A stretch of 32,000 bases of DNA from Pseudomonas aeruginosa (GTDB lineage Bacteria; Pseudomonadota; Gammaproteobacteria; Pseudomonadales; Pseudomonadaceae). How positions within the stretch are numbered: the stretch's first letter is position 1; each line of letters begins with the position of its first letter. A program made the position numbers and the translations under genes. Of the stretch, positions 27,022 through 32,000 are shown in pieces. The DNA lies in the NCBI RefSeq assembly GCF_001457615.1, contig NZ_LN831024.1:2730001-2762000 (forward strand), read 5' to 3'. The notes below the pieces were generated by a model that saw nothing but the letters and a program-made list of their open reading frames with translations, had not been told where the DNA came from and did no database searches.

Positions 27022-27045
27022 TAATTATTTGCCGTTGTTATCCGT
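27022..27045 (+). promoter_or_regulatory. Variant IS-box-like PvdS promoter candidate upstream of pvdG/pvdL
   Basis: gCTAATT-N16-CGT: TAATT at 27022-27026 and CGT at 27043-27045. There is one mismatch to TAAAT and the spacing is exact. It lies 133 bp upstream of the pvdG start. Confidence 0.4.
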
Positions 27046-27177
27046 TCCCCTCTGTGACAGCGCGGGCAGGTGCCCGGCGCCCCGGCGTGCGCAGCAGGAG
27101 ACGGAAATGCCGATCGATCATGGGAAAGCGCTCTGCCCCGGACGAGGGCCACGACAGCGGCGCAAGGAGGTCGGCAG

Positions 27178-27942
27178 GTGAGCCCGGCCGTTTCCCTGCA
27201 ATTGTTCTGCCTGCCTTATTCGGGGGCCAGCGCCACGCTGTTCCGCCGCTGGCAGCCCAGCCTGCCGGGCTGGATCCGCTTGCTGCCCCTGGAATTGCCG
27301 GGGCGCGGCCTTCGCTTCGGCGAGGCCCTGCATACCGATGCCGCCAGCCTGGTCGCGCAATTGGCCGGCGAGCTGCACGGCACCCTCGATAGCGCTTCTC
27401 CCTACGCCTTCTTCGGCCACAGCCTGGGCGGGCTGCTGGCCTTCGAACTGGCCCATGCCATGCGTCGGCGCGGCCTCGAAGGGCCGCTGGCGCTATTCCT
27501 CTCCGGCGTATCCCCGCCCGCCGAAAACGATGTCAGCGGCTACCGGCGCGCCAAGGCCGACGCCGAACTGGTCGCCGCGTTGCGCGACTACCGGGGTACT
27601 CCGGAGGCCGTCCTCAACGATCCGTCGCTGATGCAGATGCTGTTGCCAGTGGTGCGAGCGGACTTTCTCGTCACCGGCAGCTACCGCTACCAGGCGCATG
27701 GGCCGCTGGAAGCGGCGCTGCACCTGTTCGGCGGACGCGAGGACAGCCTGCGCAGCGCCGAGTTGCTCGGCTGGCTGCATGAGGCCGGGGGCGACTTCAC
27801 CCTCGACCTGCTCGACGGGCAGCACTTTTTCATCCGTGAACAGCAGGGGCAGTTGCTGCGCCTGCTGCGTCGCTACGCCGGCCAGCATCTGCTGCGCTGG
27901 CACAAGGACAAGGTCCGGGGAAGCATGCGCGCCGCCAGTTGA
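27178..27942 (+). CDS. pvdG: Type II thioesterase of pyoverdine synthesis
   Basis: The GTG start at 27178 has an AAGGAGG SD at 27164-27170, giving 254 aa. It begins LQLFCLPYSGASATLFRRW and carries the nucleophile elbow FGHSLGG. The track ORF start at 27070 is unsupported. Confidence 0.9.
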   Translation: MSPAVSLQLFCLPYSGASATLFRRWQPSLPGWIRLLPLELPGRGLRFGEALHTDAASLVAQLAGELHGTLDSASPYAFFGHSLGGLLAFELAHAMRRRGLEGPLALFLSGVSPPAENDVSGYRRAKADAELVAALRDYRGTPEAVLNDPSLMQMLLPVVRADFLVTGSYRYQAHGPLEAALHLFGGREDSLRSAELLGWLHEAGGDFTLDLLDGQHFFIREQQGQLLRLLRRYAGQHLLRWHKDKVRGSMRAAS

Positions 27943-28014
27943 GGGGCGGCCGCGACGACTGTTTCCGGGACTCACTAGAACTCGATTGCAAGCCGAATTC
28001 AGGCAGGAAAACAC

Positions 28015-32000
<3,986 letters not shown>

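Noticed and set aside
26701-27024. Small ORFs in the pvdS-pvdG intergenic region (a 28-codon ATG ORF at 26701-26787, and the 67-aa TTG ORF at 26821-27024), plus a half Fur-like AATCGTTATT near 26812
   Set aside because: They have no SD, poor codon bias and an AT-rich regulatory context. The Fur-like segment matches only one half of the consensus.

Overview
High-GC (roughly two-thirds G+C by eye) Pseudomonas aeruginosa-type chromosomal segment. From memory it is collinear, in reverse orientation, with PAO1 PA2447 to PA2424; all locus tags here are recollection, not a search result. Left to right:
(1) The 3' part of a LysR regulator.
(2) A sigma54-driven glycine-cleavage/serine operon, gcvH2-gcvP2-glyA2-sdaA-gcvT2, preceded by three tandem enhancer-binding-protein sites.
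(3) A minus-strand pair: a NodB-like protein with degenerate catalytic motifs, and a protein with three Myb/SANT-like HTH repeats.
(4) A ~690-bp motif-rich divergent control region.
(5) A six-gene plus-strand cluster: three translationally coupled SPFH/band-7 paralogues, a secreted orphan, a His-rich P1B-type ATPase (HmtA-like) and a second secreted orphan.
(6) Tandem REP-like hairpins.
(7) A small secreted protein and a LysR regulator (bexR-like) on the minus strand, divergent from an AaeB/AaeX/AaeA-like efflux set.
(8) An orphan 81-aa gene.
(9) A PPK2 polyphosphate kinase with a candidate Pho box.
(10) The regulatory corner of the pyoverdine locus: pvdY with an exact PvdS IS box, pvdS with a Fur-overlapped promoter, pvdG, and the first ~1328 codons of the NRPS pvdL.
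pvdL runs off the window end, so it is missing from the supplied ORF track. Most very long ORFs in the track on the opposite strand or in other frames are GC-driven shadow ORFs. I saw no CRISPR array, tRNA/rRNA or mobile element. The best candidate for an undescribed system is the SPFH triad plus His-rich P1B-ATPase cluster (10829-18041).
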